A DNA stretch of 62,349 bases, filler included, from Basidiobolus ranarum (lineage: Eukaryota), in the NCBI GenBank assembly GCA_040143965.1. It is 12 parts of 12 records of this genome, joined end to end, with 100 filler letters (N's around TTAATTAATTAA, not from the genome) between each part and the next. Parts side by side here need not be neighbours in the genome. Positions count along the whole stretch, not along the records: positions 36,476 to 41,578 come from JASJQH010001715.1; positions 41,679 to 46,776 come from JASJQH010001716.1; positions 46,877 to 51,972 come from JASJQH010001717.1; 9 more parts are not named here. One strand, given 5' to 3'. Both the position numbers and the translations under genes were made by a program. This document shows positions 37,131-49,525 of this stretch, in pieces. Within the stretch, counting starts at the first letter, position 1, and the number at the start of each line of letters is the position of its first letter. Under the pieces are notes generated by a model. That model ran no database searches. It saw nothing but the letters and a program-made list of their open reading frames with translations, and was not told the DNA's origin.

Positions 37131-39458
37131 TCAGAGATCCCATTCGCTAGAAGCCACTACATCCTTATTTAATAATGCGTACTGTATGTGTCTTGTAGCC
37201 ATCCATGTCGTACATGATATGGCCACACATTCTACACCATATGCGCAAGATACACACTCGCTAGTTGCTTCTTCTTGATGTATGGGGATATTGATCAGTG
37301 TCTCGTAGAGGCATAATTCTTCCTCATCCAAGGCCGCGTCGCTCACATCATCAGGCACCTCGTTCAAGCCACATATACTTGCGTGCTTTGGAAGGTACGT
37401 AAATTGTGTGCCCTCGTTGGGAAGCAAATCACATGAATCTGGCTTATCATAACACCTCCATTGACGCAACACTGGTGGATCGTCGCTCTTCGTCAACCAC
37501 ATTGTCACAAGCGTATCAGTCATGTCCTCCGTCAAACTCAACGCCTTGCACGCCAAAATTAAATCGTCGACAGACACAGTTGGAACATCTGTTGCTGCAA
37601 ATACACGTTTGATATTGGCTCCTATATTGTATCTGCCACATACGTAATACCAGCCCACCGACCCAGCCATTCCTGAACGCACATGGTCAGCACAACACAG
37701 TCTATTCAAAAGAATTGGATTGCACATCACGGCCATCAACATGTCACAGCCACGTGTAAATGATGTCAACCACTTTTCACCTTTACTCGCAGCTATACGG
37801 TATATATTCATTGTTTCACCACTCAATACATCATTGATCAGGTCCACTGCATCATGGAATAGGATCCCCACACAGCCAGCGAGTCTTGCAAATGGTACGC
37901 AATCAGCACAGCAACTCTGCGCAGTGCCACACTCCACATATGAGATTGTCATACCTTCATAAATACGAGCACTTATAGAATTCTCAATCGTACATCCAGG
38001 TGCTACACCCAGTCGTGACCCTATGGTACCGTCGATGTCGGTCCTTTCGTGCAACTGGCGCCGAAGTACATACATGTTCAGATTTAGTAGTCCACGCATT
38101 CTCGCAATACTGGCAGGTAGACTATAATCAAATAGTTCACCCTGACTTGCTATCGCATGCTTAATACTATCAAGACTGCTATGCATACCATCGTTGTTCC
38201 TTTTGCCAAAGGTGTCAAGATAGGCTGCCGTCACCAGTAGGCGGTTCATCCACCACATATCGGACATATCTAACCAAGAATGCTGTCTATCATATAAATC
38301 TGCACGGGCCATGTTAACAGGCATCTCCTTCCATGAATCGTTACATGCACGCTCACATATACCGCACGGTGTATCGCAGTACCGACCCTTGCGCTGTTCA
38401 GCGTCAGTGATTCGAGTTTGCCAAGCAGAGTCCAACACCTGGTTCTTAGCTAACCAGTCAAGTTTCTGACTCTTACCCTCTACGTTAGTATCACTTTCGC
38501 TGACGTTTACAGAACGTCCGCATACCGTCATGCAAATCGAGTAGCATAGCATCGCATATTCATTCAAGCACTCCTCAATACTATTTCTCCATTCCTTTAT
38601 GCTATACAGTGCGCCATTTTCACCCTTTGTCTCATTTACTCTTGGGTTAAAGGTACTCGGCATGACCACGCCCACTTGCCCAGCATAAGCATCACTTTCA
38701 ACGTATTTGTACGCTTCATCACACGGTGCTAAGCTAGCACGTACTTCACTTTCTGGTTTGACGTCATCCACCTTGCGCTTTACTTTTTCATTAGTCGCTA
38801 CACCTGACAATGTCAACCGATTTCGTAAGCAGCGTTGATCTTCGGCTACACGTTGCACAACTGATACCCAATTGAATACACCTTTCCCGATGAATGCAAC
38901 ATTCGCATCCTCTGCTGGTAAGCTTTCTCCTCGAACGATACACTTGTCACAGCGAGCATCACGCATATAGAGGGTACTATTATTCATATATAGCTTATCT
39001 TGACTCTCTTCTTGCAGGAGAGTAATGGCCAGATCGCAAGTCAGATGCTTGAAGATGCTATCTCCGCAGGCTTTACAACTTATTACCATACAGTCCAATT
39101 CCAGCGAATCATCCAGTACTGCTTTGCCTATTTTAGTAGAAGCCACTCTTTTACTTAGTTTACGCGCCGCCTTAACTAGCTTATTATAGCATTGGACCTC
39201 TTCATCAAGTGAGCGATTACCTTCCATGATCAAAGATAGTTTCTCAATATTTTGATCATCTTCCTCAGAATCAGCCTCATCATCACACTTGTGTGCTTCC
39301 TTGTCACTTAAGCCCATATGCTTGATTACATCCAAGTAGTGTTCACGAATCTTGAGCCAGCTGTTATGCTTGGCACGTCTGCGTACTGCCAGATCACTAT
39401 TAGTAAATAACATTGTTGAGTAGGAATTAACAGAAGTTTGATCTTTAGAGGAAGACAT
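37131..39458 (-). CDS. 775-aa Cys-rich orphan protein with a probable class I terpenoid-synthase-like C-terminal domain
   Basis: Uninterrupted ORF; R498, H535DxxDxxxD543xxxGExxN and W603xxxxxRY; five CxxC pairs. Confidence 0.6.
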   Translation of the reverse strand: MSSSKDQTSVNSYSTMLFTNSDLAVRRRAKHNSWLKIREHYLDVIKHMGLSDKEAHKCDDEADSEEDDQNIEKLSLIMEGNRSLDEEVQCYNKLVKAARKLSKRVASTKIGKAVLDDSLELDCMVISCKACGDSIFKHLTCDLAITLLQEESQDKLYMNNSTLYMRDARCDKCIVRGESLPAEDANVAFIGKGVFNWVSVVQRVAEDQRCLRNRLTLSGVATNEKVKRKVDDVKPESEVRASLAPCDEAYKYVESDAYAGQVGVVMPSTFNPRVNETKGENGALYSIKEWRNSIEECLNEYAMLCYSICMTVCGRSVNVSESDTNVEGKSQKLDWLAKNQVLDSAWQTRITDAEQRKGRYCDTPCGICERACNDSWKEMPVNMARADLYDRQHSWLDMSDMWWMNRLLVTAAYLDTFGKRNNDGMHSSLDSIKHAIASQGELFDYSLPASIARMRGLLNLNMYVLRRQLHERTDIDGTIGSRLGVAPGCTIENSISARIYEGMTISYVECGTAQSCCADCVPFARLAGCVGILFHDAVDLINDVLSGETMNIYRIAASKGEKWLTSFTRGCDMLMAVMCNPILLNRLCCADHVRSGMAGSVGWYYVCGRYNIGANIKRVFAATDVPTVSVDDLILACKALSLTEDMTDTLVTMWLTKSDDPPVLRQWRCYDKPDSCDLLPNEGTQFTYLPKHASICGLNEVPDDVSDAALDEEELCLYETLINIPIHQEEATSECVSCAYGVECVAISCTTWMATRHIQYALLNKDVVASSEWDL

Positions 39459-40029
39459 TTCAATCTTTTATAGCATTTTCAGGACGTAACTAGCGGCAGA
39501 ATATTTTGGATTACGACATAAACTCCTGGAAGGAGAGCCGAATACATGAACAGGACATGGGAAGGTCCAAAGATAAGAACACCACTTAGAGATGTGTGTT
39601 GCAGCGTATCAGAGTCCAAGGATCCATAACAAACAGGATAATGCAGGTTCTATTAAAAAAGTTTCAGATATGCATTCAAATGGGTGATTTCTGATGAGAT
39701 AATTGGTTTGAGGCTCTGTGATGTTGTGCCCTAGCCATCAGATCAACTTTTTTAATGATCTGAGGGCGGGTAGAGGAATCAAGGAGGTGAATAAGTGCGG
39801 TCATTGCAACATGATACAACTGTAATGCTACGTCATGTTCTACTTTTTCAACCAATATCCGAAAATATTAACAAGTGAACGCTAGCTGACATCCCTAAAC
39901 AACAACGGAACTAACAAATTCTAACTCAATACCCGGTGTGATGATCTGACTCCTTAATTTAGAATCTCTCGAAAATTAATTTTAATGATAATTGTGCAGT
40001 AACCAAGATTTATAAAATGATAATCGTGT

Positions 40030-40790
40030 ATCAATCAGGACTCAAACGAGTCTGGAAGAGTATTAGGGGGAGAACCCAGCCAACCAGCACTGCAAAAGGT
40101 TAGGCTTAGGGGTATATGGAATTCATGGGTCGAATGTACCGTCGAATGTACCGGTATATCTCTTCTAACTATCCTTAACCATCCATAACCAATATTTGTA
40201 AGGGAAGCTTCGTCTATTCTCCTCCATCGAGAACTACTTCTGCACTTGGAATATTTCGATGACTGGCTTTGATACCTCTACTCAAAGCATAGATTAGCTC
40301 CCTTCCCTTCCAGTTCTTTGACTTGATGTAAAGGAAGAGGTATCTATTGGCAAGCTTATGTGCCAATGTTAAGTAGATGTCTATTTCTAAATATTGATTA
40401 GCTTCAGCCATGCCACTTGACGATGACTCTTTAATTTTGATGACAATGGTGCAACAATCAAAATTCAAATAAAGATAATCATGTAACAATCAAGATTCAA
40501 ACGAGTGCTGGAGCCTCAAAGAGTATTAGAGAGAGGGCTATACCAACCAGCAATGCGAATGGTTAAACTTAGAAGAGATATACTGGTATACTCGACCAAT
40601 GAATTCGATATCAGCCTAAATATCACTCCATCAATATTAACGGGTCAGATACCCGCTTAATATCCTTTAATGAAAACATTGAGTAGCTCCGTCTGTTCTC
40701 CAAAGCTGAGAGGCTCTGCTGTATTTTGAATACATGTAAAGGAATATCTGGCTTTAATTTCTCTACTCGAAACATAAATGAGTACCCTTC
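40030..40790. repeat. Diverged tandem duplication, ~460-490 bp period
   Basis: 40030-40110 resembles 40486-40571 (CAAACGAGT..GAGTATTAG..CCAACCAGCA), and 40210-40305 resembles 40690-40790. Confidence 0.65.
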
Positions 40791-40957
40791 GAATTTGGTC
40801 TTCAGAGGTAAACTAGTTACATATATCCATGTCAGATAGCTGTTCCTAGTATTGAAATATTAGAATTAACCACCCAACTATTCATACATCTTGCTTAGTA
40901 TAGTTAATATGTACTTGGTTAGTACTTTAAAAGTCAAAATTATCATATATATATTGT

Positions 40958-41578
40958 GTTGAAATTAGCATTGCCTAAACTATTGAAATTAGCATTACTT
41001 AAACACCTATATAGTCATATATGTTAAAGTATTTGGGAGCCTGTTGGAAGTGGTTTGGAGAATTAGAGAAATCGGTGGTTTTCACATATTGATTTATTGA
41101 GTATTCAGTTGACATTTATAGTTTTGTCAAGATGTAAGCAAACTAATGTGTAGAATGTGTTAAAGAAGGTCCCAGGAACATGTGTGCAACGTTTGGGGCT
41201 TCTAGCACAAGTTTGAAAAAATCTATATATCTGAGAACTTCTAAGTTGGTAAAAATATTCTAAGTAAATGCCTTATGAGAATAATGGATAATATCTTAGT
41301 GAATTTTAAGATAACTAAGTACCAAGCTATATATGACTATATAGGTGTTTAGGCAATGCTAACTTCAACACACTCTCTCAACTAAATAGTCATATAAACT
41401 AATGTTCCTGGGACCTTCCTAAACATTTTCTTCACATTAGCTTGTTACATCTTGACAAAATTATAAATGTCAACTGAATACTCAATAAATCAATAAGTGA
41501 AAATCACCAATTTCTCTAATTCTCCAAACTATTGAAATTAGCATTGCATAAACACCTATATAGTCATATATAGCTTAG
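40958..41578. mobile_element. Cluster of family B Copia LTRs: complete minus-strand LTR 41022-41370 with PPT, flanked by plus-strand LTR fragments
   Basis: TG...CA ends; on the minus strand GTTGAGAGAGTG precedes TGTTGAAG; LTR-start motif T(G/A)TTGAAATTAGCATT occurs at ~40958, 40981 and 41530. Confidence 0.88.
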
Positions 41579-42332
41579 NNNNNNNNNNNNNNNNNNNNNN
41601 NNNNNNNNNNNNNNNNNNNNNNTTAATTAATTAANNNNNNNNNNNNNNNNNNNNNNNNNNNNNNNNNNNNNNNNNNNNTGACTTATTTCATGTGGCTTAT
41701 CCTGGGTTTTTGCAAGCACATGGCAATTGGTCTAGTATAGGCCTATTCATGAAACATCTCAAAAATGCACGCAATTATTGACTTGGAAAAGAAAGAAAAG
41801 CAGCTAAAGAAGTACTCAAGGAGCAGGAAGTTAGTAAACCTAAGGGAAAAGCAAAGGAGCCAGTGAGCTTAGGCTCTGCTGTCCCACTTTCCAAATTCTT
41901 CACACCACTACAAAGATCTGCATTTCCAGAGGCAGATATACTGGCAAAATAGCTTAATTTCACCATAGTACTGGGTACACCAGTTAGAAAAGTGCTAAAT
42001 TTGGAAGTTTATCCAAAACCTGGCACCTCCCAACAAGCCATAACACCAGCAAATAAAACCCACAGCTCTCCAACCTCAACTGGTACTTTTCAAAGTGTAA
42101 CTATTACTACTATAACTTCCAGAACTTTTCCCACTTCTGAAAGACTGCATAGAACTGATCATATAGCTTGACATATTAGCACAAAATTGCTATTGCAAGA
42201 AAAGGTACGTTGGCATACTGTTGTAGGGGAATAAAACATTGCAAAGCTATCTGGAGTTAAATTTTGACTCTAGGTAGCTTATGCATAACTGGATAGTTTC
42301 TTTATTGGAATGCTTTATTTTTGTACATAAAC

Positions 42333-43030
42333 TGCTAAAGTATTTAGGGGCCTGCAGGAAGTATTAGAAGAATTAGAGAATTTTGTGTTCTTCACTTGTT
42401 GATTTATGGAGTGGAAAGTTGACTTTTATGGTTTTGTCGAGATGTAAATGAGCCAACATGCAGAATGTGTCAAGGAAGGTACCAGCAACATATGTGCAAA
42501 GTATGGGGCTTCTAGCACAAGTTTAAAAAGACTATATATCTGAGAACTTCAAAGTTGATAAAAGTATTTCAAGTTATTTACAATTGAGAATAATGGATGA
42601 TATCTTGGTGAAATATAAAATAACTAACTACTCAGCTATATATGACTATATAGGTATTTAGGTAATGCTAACTCTAACACTCTCCCTCAACTCAACTGTC
42701 ATATAAACTAATCCCAAGGAAGATCTAAATTTTCAAATTTTTGTTTAACAAATGGTTTGGTTAATGTATATGCTATCATGTCTTCTATAGAACAATAAAT
42801 TAAGTCAACAAACTTATTGTCTATAGTCCCTCTCTAATGAAATGATGTTTAATGTCTATACTTTTGCTTCTATTTTGAAATGTGAGATTTCTTATAAATA
42901 ATGTCATTGGTGAGATTTGAGAATAACCTAAATCTGTTAAGAGTTTTCTTAACCATATTGCTTCTTTAGTTGCTTTATAGACAGCCTTGTATTCTGCTTC
43001 AGTTGTTGAAAGTACTATAGTTGGTAGCTG
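42333..43030 (-). mobile_element. Copia family B 3' LTR (42333-42679), PPT and RNase H relic
   Basis: Minus strand reads PTIVLSTTEAEY and YCSIEDMIA.TLTKPF; the LTR is similar to 41022-41370. Confidence 0.88.
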
Positions 43031-44250
43031 TCACTTACATTGCAAAGATCTTCAGCAATTTGTTGCAAAGTAGCCTCAGCCTCTTCCTTCTGATTGTTCT
43101 TTGACTCTTTCATAATCTCAACAATGCAAAGCTCATTTTACTTTGCTTTTTGTCTGGACAATATCCAGAATAATAACCATTCTTATGGCATGTGAAGCAC
43201 AATTGCCTTTACTTACATTTGACAATAATGAGATCTCCATTGATGGAATCAATCACTATAGGAGCTCCTTTGACTGGTCTCCAGGGGTTACTTTGATGCT
43301 GTCTATTCCCCATAGTATATGGTCTTCCTTCACCATACATGGCTGTGTCATAGGTGATTTTGATCTTAATTGCCTGTTCTAAGGTGTCCACGGCTTAGTA
43401 GTTTACTTCCATCTTGGTTGTTCCTTTCAATCCTGCAATAAAGTTTTGCACTTTGTCTAGCTGATGCATACTACTGATCTGGCCCATTTTGCTTCTGAAC
43501 TGGTTGAAATATTCCTGCTGAGTTTTTACTTGCTTCAGCTATGTTAGTTTTCTCCAAAGTAGATGCTGCTGATGTGGTGGCTCAAAGGCCTCCTGAATCT
43601 CTGGGATAAACTGTTTCCAAGTAGTGATTGGTGGTAGCTTTCCTGTGGCAGCTGCTATAGCTCTGTTGTGATACTACTAAAGGGCTTCATTTGCCAGATA
43701 TGAGGCTATGTAGTGTAGCTTGCAGGCATCTTGAACTCCTCTGGCTTTAAAGGCTTCTTCTAAGTGGTTACTAATAGGGCAGACACAAATAGATAATTCC
43801 TGTGCTAACTTCATTTGCTTGTTCTCAATTTAGCATTTTGAAAAAAATCATTTTTCTGCAATCTTGGATTAGGTGGCCTAGATTGTTGCAATATTTGCTG
43901 ACAATTGATTTCTTATTTGAGGCACCATTATTGAAGCTTGATACATGTTCTGCAGCTTCAAAAATGCTTCCTCTGCATTATTTGGCTGCAAATTGGATCT
44001 CCTTTATCCGTCATTCAAATGCCTAGCACTGATGTATTCCATTTTTTATTGCACTTATCTTGGTTCTTGGGTAATTATGAACTGGCCAAACTTGTCAGGC
44101 AGGCTCCCCAGTAGTGTCATAACAAGCCATCTTCATTCAGAGATGCCCCAATGAATTGGAGCTGATCTGCCACAGTATGGATCTGATTTTTATGATTAAC
44201 CATAGAATCACCTGAACTCATCCAAATTGAGAATATCTTATGAAACATAA
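43030..44250 (-). mobile_element. Nested retrotransposon gag relics (Gypsy-like gag ~43030-43765; Copia family A gag ~43780-44250)
   Basis: 43780-44045 resembles the gag knuckle region at 22870-23145; the adjacent part has Retrotrans_gag-like text (QTKTQQEYFNQF-like). Confidence 0.6.
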
Positions 44251-44479
44251 ATAAAAATTGATTTGATTCAGATCAGATCCACCCTTCTGGATTGAAAACA
44301 TTCAGAGGGCCGTCACATTATTGGTGGCTTGCATTCTGCTAGGGATTTTGACAGTGAAAAGATGGCTTCTTGACAGTAATTTGATAGCAATCATACATTT
44401 TAAAATAGTGATCCTCATATATAGCACAAGTTATTTAATTTCCAATAATTTTTGCAAAAAAATAATTGTCAAACGGCAA

Positions 44480-46420
44480 ATGACTGGGTTTACAATTACA
44501 GGAGTGTGAATTAATATGCATGTCTTTATTTAGATATTTTAGGCCTTGTTTTCCAGTCTTCATGAGAAGCAAAAAATAAATGAATTTTGTTATGTTTAGT
44601 CTCTAAATATGCACATACTGGACTAATCAAACATAAATTGACAACATCAAGGTGCTTTACCAGCAAACTAACAGTGGTTTCGTTGTGTTATTGTGCTCAA
44701 ATAATGCAAATACCAATAGGAACATTGAAAGAGCCCTTTGCTGGAAGGTTAATACTCTCAGGAGTCTCATTGACACATTGCATTACCTCCAGCACTTATT
44801 TTGTTGATACATTGTTAATCAGATCAGCATGTAGTAATACTGACAATTTCACACAAAGAATAATTTCACTGAAGGTGTGCTCCATTGGGAACTCCCAGAA
44901 TGTATAGCAAGGGCCAATTATCTTTAAGCATTGTAGAACATCCAGCTGGAAATGTATTCAATACTGGCATAGATTCTGCCTATCTTCTCTCAACATATAA
45001 TAAAGTTTATCATATCCAATTTCAAAATCTTTACACAGTCACTCTAACTGCCTGAGATCTGGCAATATGAGTTGATGTGGTAAGAATATATTAACAATAT
45101 TAACAAACAACCGCCAATGATGCCAACACTTATCAGGCAAAAATCTTTACAAGATTACACTTGAATATTTACAAGTCCAACACTCCCAGTCTTTGCATTT
45201 GAATAAATGCCTAGGGGAGTGGATATTGATGGAAGTTCTGGTAGAATATGAGCATATCATGACAGTTTCAGGCATTTTCCCAATTTATTCAAACTATGCT
45301 TCTATCTGGAATGGCTTATTCAGACTGAATTTTCCACTGTATGGCTGAGTAAATAGTAATGCAATGTTTTACAATATTACATGAAGAGCACCTAATGGGT
45401 AGCTCTGACTCCAGCTGATCCACTTTAGCAACATAGTCTTGGGAATACAGCTAATCCCAGGTTTTATGTTAAAATGACCAATTGGTGAATGGATATCAGT
45501 GAGCACGTTGAATTCTGAAGGGGCTCTTGATGGTAAAATCATGGAGTTTAGTATTGTGTATGGATAATTTGAATGCATATGCCTGTTAGAGTGAACTGCA
45601 TTGATTTGACAAAATTTACAGCAAAATAGCACATTTTGCCCACAGCAACCTCTAAGTTTACTAATTGCAGGAGTCTCACCAATAAATACTCTCTGAGCCC
45701 CATTAGATAACCATTCAAATTCCACAATCAAAGGCTGCAAGAAGCTATTTACAAGCACTGTTGACTTAGGTCCAGATACAATGATAGTATCAAAACATTA
45801 GGGCACCTATACCATTCAGGAGGAGGAATATTTCAGTTAGTTCCAATTATTGACTAGCAAGCCTTTCCAATGCTCTATCTGTTTAGTGAGAAACCATCCA
45901 GAGCCATTGCAGATGTATATCATATGTGTTCTTAAAGAAACCCTGACTTTTCAGATTCTGGTAGCAATATCCATCAAGCATATCAGTAATACATCAGCTC
46001 TAAGGTGAGTACTTTGGGACAGAACAAACAATATATATGTAGGTGATTACATCCAAGCTTTGAGATGGAGAATCAATGGAGTGTATGCTAAATATGCACA
46101 ATAGTTTTCTGATTCAGTGATTGCTAATTGTATCCTACAGTACATCAATTCAGGTTTTTTGGATCACTGGTGAAAGCCAAACAACCATTTGGACATGACG
46201 GTAGTCCAATTACTGAAAGATTATAAGTCATGTAATTGCCAAGTGTTTTCCACTTGTACCAGGTCAGTGGCAAGCAACACTTGCCAATCAGCTGTGGTAA
46301 AAGTGTAAAAAATGCTATGAATACCCGGTCACTAAGATTGCATAGATCTCTCCACTCCTCAATAGGCATAGCTGCTTCATTTACTGTCAATGATATGAGT
46401 GGACTAAAGCTTGCCTATAA
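44480..46420 (-). mobile_element. Decayed CACTA/EnSpm-type (Transposase_21/Tnp2-like) DNA transposon
   Basis: Motifs in family order: CPNGCLAF, LDGF, GPKS, FLQPLI.E, TPAISKL.G..G.N....CKFC, LHV, K..DW..W, HW..FV, GP....W.FPME. Confidence 0.8.
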
Positions 46421-47482
46421 TAAAGAGTCCATAACAAAACCTTTGTCTTGTCCTTCATCATCTGATACACTAGCATTAGTACTGGTATAACCAGGGTCAA
46501 CATCTATCGGTATGGCCTTAAGGTTGTCTGGACTTAGAGTGCCTCCAGCTTTCATAGCACCAGAATTGGAAGCATTGAGAGCAGGGCTTCTTAAAATAGA
46601 TGTGTTAAGGTATGAGAAGGATATTGTAGAAGAAAGAACACCTCTTATTCAATGGTGGCATATCCCATTACAATTATCAGTAAATTTTGAGAGGATATCA
46701 CCAATGTTTCATCAGAAGATTTAGTAGCAATTTCTGGTAAGGGATGGCAATTTTGATTTGTTATGCTTTGTCTCTANNNNNNNNNNNNNNNNNNNNNNNN
46801 NNNNNNNNNNNNNNNNNNNNTTAATTAATTAANNNNNNNNNNNNNNNNNNNNNNNNNNNNNNNNNNNNNNNNNNNNATAGTTATTCCGGATATCCGTTTA
46901 ATATAAACACATTTGAAAATGAATGTATAACTTAACTCCCTGATTACCATTATTAGAGAGTAACGTAAACATGAGTTACGGGGAGTAAGAAATTCCGGAA
47001 TTATATCAGTCTTATTATGGGGAATTCAAGTATTTACTAATAACAGTATCTGATCATTCTTTGTAACTCAGAATTTTCTAATCATCGAATGGATGTATTT
47101 TGGTAAACACACACATACACAACATAGATTCTTGGTTGCACTAACCTAACGAAATATATATATAGATTAGTTCTTTTGCTTTGAAACTAAACTGATATGG
47201 ATGAATGTCTTTTTTTCTCTGCTCATATAATGTAGTGTTGCAAACTGGCGTTTCCTCATTGGAGTTTTGCCAATTTTAGACCATCAGTACAAGCATACAA
47301 TATTAAAACAGATCTGCTCAACGAGGAAAGAGGAGGTACTACTTACTCTATTAAGTCTCGTTAACCAAAAGAGTCAAAAGAAATTAAAGGATTTCATGAT
47401 GTATAGTTCTATTTTATTTATATAAGAATTAAATTAACAATGACTTGATTATGGTTATTATGTACAAAGTTTTACAACAGTT

Positions 47483-48466
47483 TTAGGCGCCTATGGCGGT
47501 GATTTGAGCGCTCTCATAAACTGGGGGGAGTGAGCGGGAGTATTCGGTTTCTTCGTACATGGGTAATGGCTCATTGAGTAACAACTCATTCGCACTCATC
47601 AGATTGATCGGGAAGCTGACAGTGATTGATTTCCTCTGTCCACGAGAATCAACAAATATCTTCACTTCGAGCTTATGGTCGGCACAGATCATATCGCTCG
47701 TTACATCTGGTTGCAAACCATCTGGTATCAGAAGGTGAGTAAATTTGGTGTTGGAGCCTCTACCATGGGGATCAGATGTAAGTGGCACTCGTTTATGCTC
47801 GACCTTTGTATGATTAGTTTTCGGATCCACATAACGTACGGTTTCGCATAGTGTATGCGAGTATTTAATGATCCTGATTCCACTTTTGACCGGTCTGAAT
47901 GTATACTCGATAGGTACATTTTCACCAAGGCATACTTGCTTCTTCATCAAGATATCGTACCCCATGACACTCTGCCACATTTTAGAGATAGAGATCGAGA
48001 ATTCCATCTCGTCTACCTCCTCAGAGAGTCTAGAGATAGTGATGGGCTTAGTAGCAACAATGTTGGTAGATAAGTGTCTTTTGGCCATGGCCACCAACTT
48101 GTACTTGATATCAAAGTAGTTTGATTGAACCGTTTCAGGAAGATGGTTACTGACTGGCAGTTCAAAATCGAATATATGTGTTCCAGCAGTCAGCATGTAT
48201 GAATCTTTATGAGATTTAAAAAGATTCAAACCAACATCCACCATTTTATGTGTGCTGGAATTCTTCAATCTGTGAACTTTCCAGTTGATGTGCGCGGACT
48301 CAGCATGTCCTTTCAAATGAAGGGAGAGCGAGCATAATTTGGTAGGTTTCTCAAGACGGAGAGAAACTTTACCACGAAGAGTACTAGTTTCTTGTGGTGA
48401 ATGACTAGAAAGAAGGAAAGGATTTTCTGAGGTGTAGATATCGAGTTGGATCTTTTTATCAGTCAT
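47483..48466 (-). CDS. Alpha-arrestin (ART-like Rsp5/Nedd4 adaptor), intronless
   Basis: LRGKVSL, G.H.FDFELPV...LPETV, I.YKL.A, H.LEV.I; C-terminal LPMY and PPVY PY motifs. Confidence 0.85.
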   Translation of the reverse strand: MTDKKIQLDIYTSENPFLLSSHSPQETSTLRGKVSLRLEKPTKLCSLSLHLKGHAESAHINWKVHRLKNSSTHKMVDVGLNLFKSHKDSYMLTAGTHIFDFELPVSNHLPETVQSNYFDIKYKLVAMAKRHLSTNIVATKPITISRLSEEVDEMEFSISISKMWQSVMGYDILMKKQVCLGENVPIEYTFRPVKSGIRIIKYSHTLCETVRYVDPKTNHTKVEHKRVPLTSDPHGRGSNTKFTHLLIPDGLQPDVTSDMICADHKLEVKIFVDSRGQRKSITVSFPINLMSANELLLNEPLPMYEETEYSRSLPPVYESAQITAIGA

Positions 48467-49525
48467 GGTGATGAGAGGATATATCTACATACACTATACG
48501 TACATAAATTCGTTTCCATAGAGGATTTTCGAAATGTTGGTCTCTTTTTATAGGAAATAGATCGTAAAAGACGCTGGTTTACATTTCGAGATTGGCCAAA
48601 ATTCCTGCAAGGTGTTCAAAATAGGTTCGGAATAAAGATAATATATTTGGTTTGGTCCTAGTAATTCAATGACTACAGTTGAGTCAGATTTCAATTTATA
48701 TCAAGATTATGCGATGAATATCTATAACTCGCTACCATCTAGTCCAACACCCAAGGCGACTTTCATTATTATACTCTGGGTTGGTCTGGAAAGAGGAGAA
48801 GGTGGTACGGCTGAGTTGGGAAGGTTAATTTTTATTCTTGTGGCACCTCTGGTCATTTGATCATTTGATTTACGAAAGCTAACTACATAAGACACGAATG
48901 TGAAACCATCAAATCATTAGCAAGCTAACTAAATGCTCTAAATGCTCGAAATGCTCATGAATGACAGATCCTATTTTTTTAATCCAAGTATTGTTATTCA
49001 CACTGCAGTGGTGGTTGGTGCTATTCTCATGCTTCCTGATTTGTATAGAAAGGAATAGGGCATGCTATATTGCCGGTGGGATAAGTTTCCCAATTGTGGA
49101 GCGGCAACATCTCCGGATCCATCTGCGGTTGGCTATTAATATATGTGAATTAAGAGAGGTTATGCTCAATTTTGGATTGTATAACCATGAGCGGAATAGG
49201 CCAAGAGGGGTGATGAGTGGTGTCAACACTTGGGATAGGCTAATCTCTGAGGTAGTTTGAGGTTTACCATACCCAATATTACCATACCATCTGTGGTACT
49301 ACTTGGTTAATAAATGAATTTACACTAGTTTTTAGCAGGCTTTCATGCAACCAGTTATCCTGTTTACTACGCGTATCGTTGAATGATAATTACTGGAGAA
49401 TAAAAATTTGATATATCTTTAATTGCCTCACATGATGGCGAGAGATTGGGGAATTATGTTATCGTACGTTTGTTACAACTAGAACAAAGTAGTTTAGCTC
49501 GATAATCACCGACTTCAAAACCAGC

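Noticed and set aside
38660-38690. VGVVMP in the orphan protein as a chrysovirus P3-like P-loop
   Set aside because: The GxGKT that should follow is absent (the sequence reads PSTFNP).
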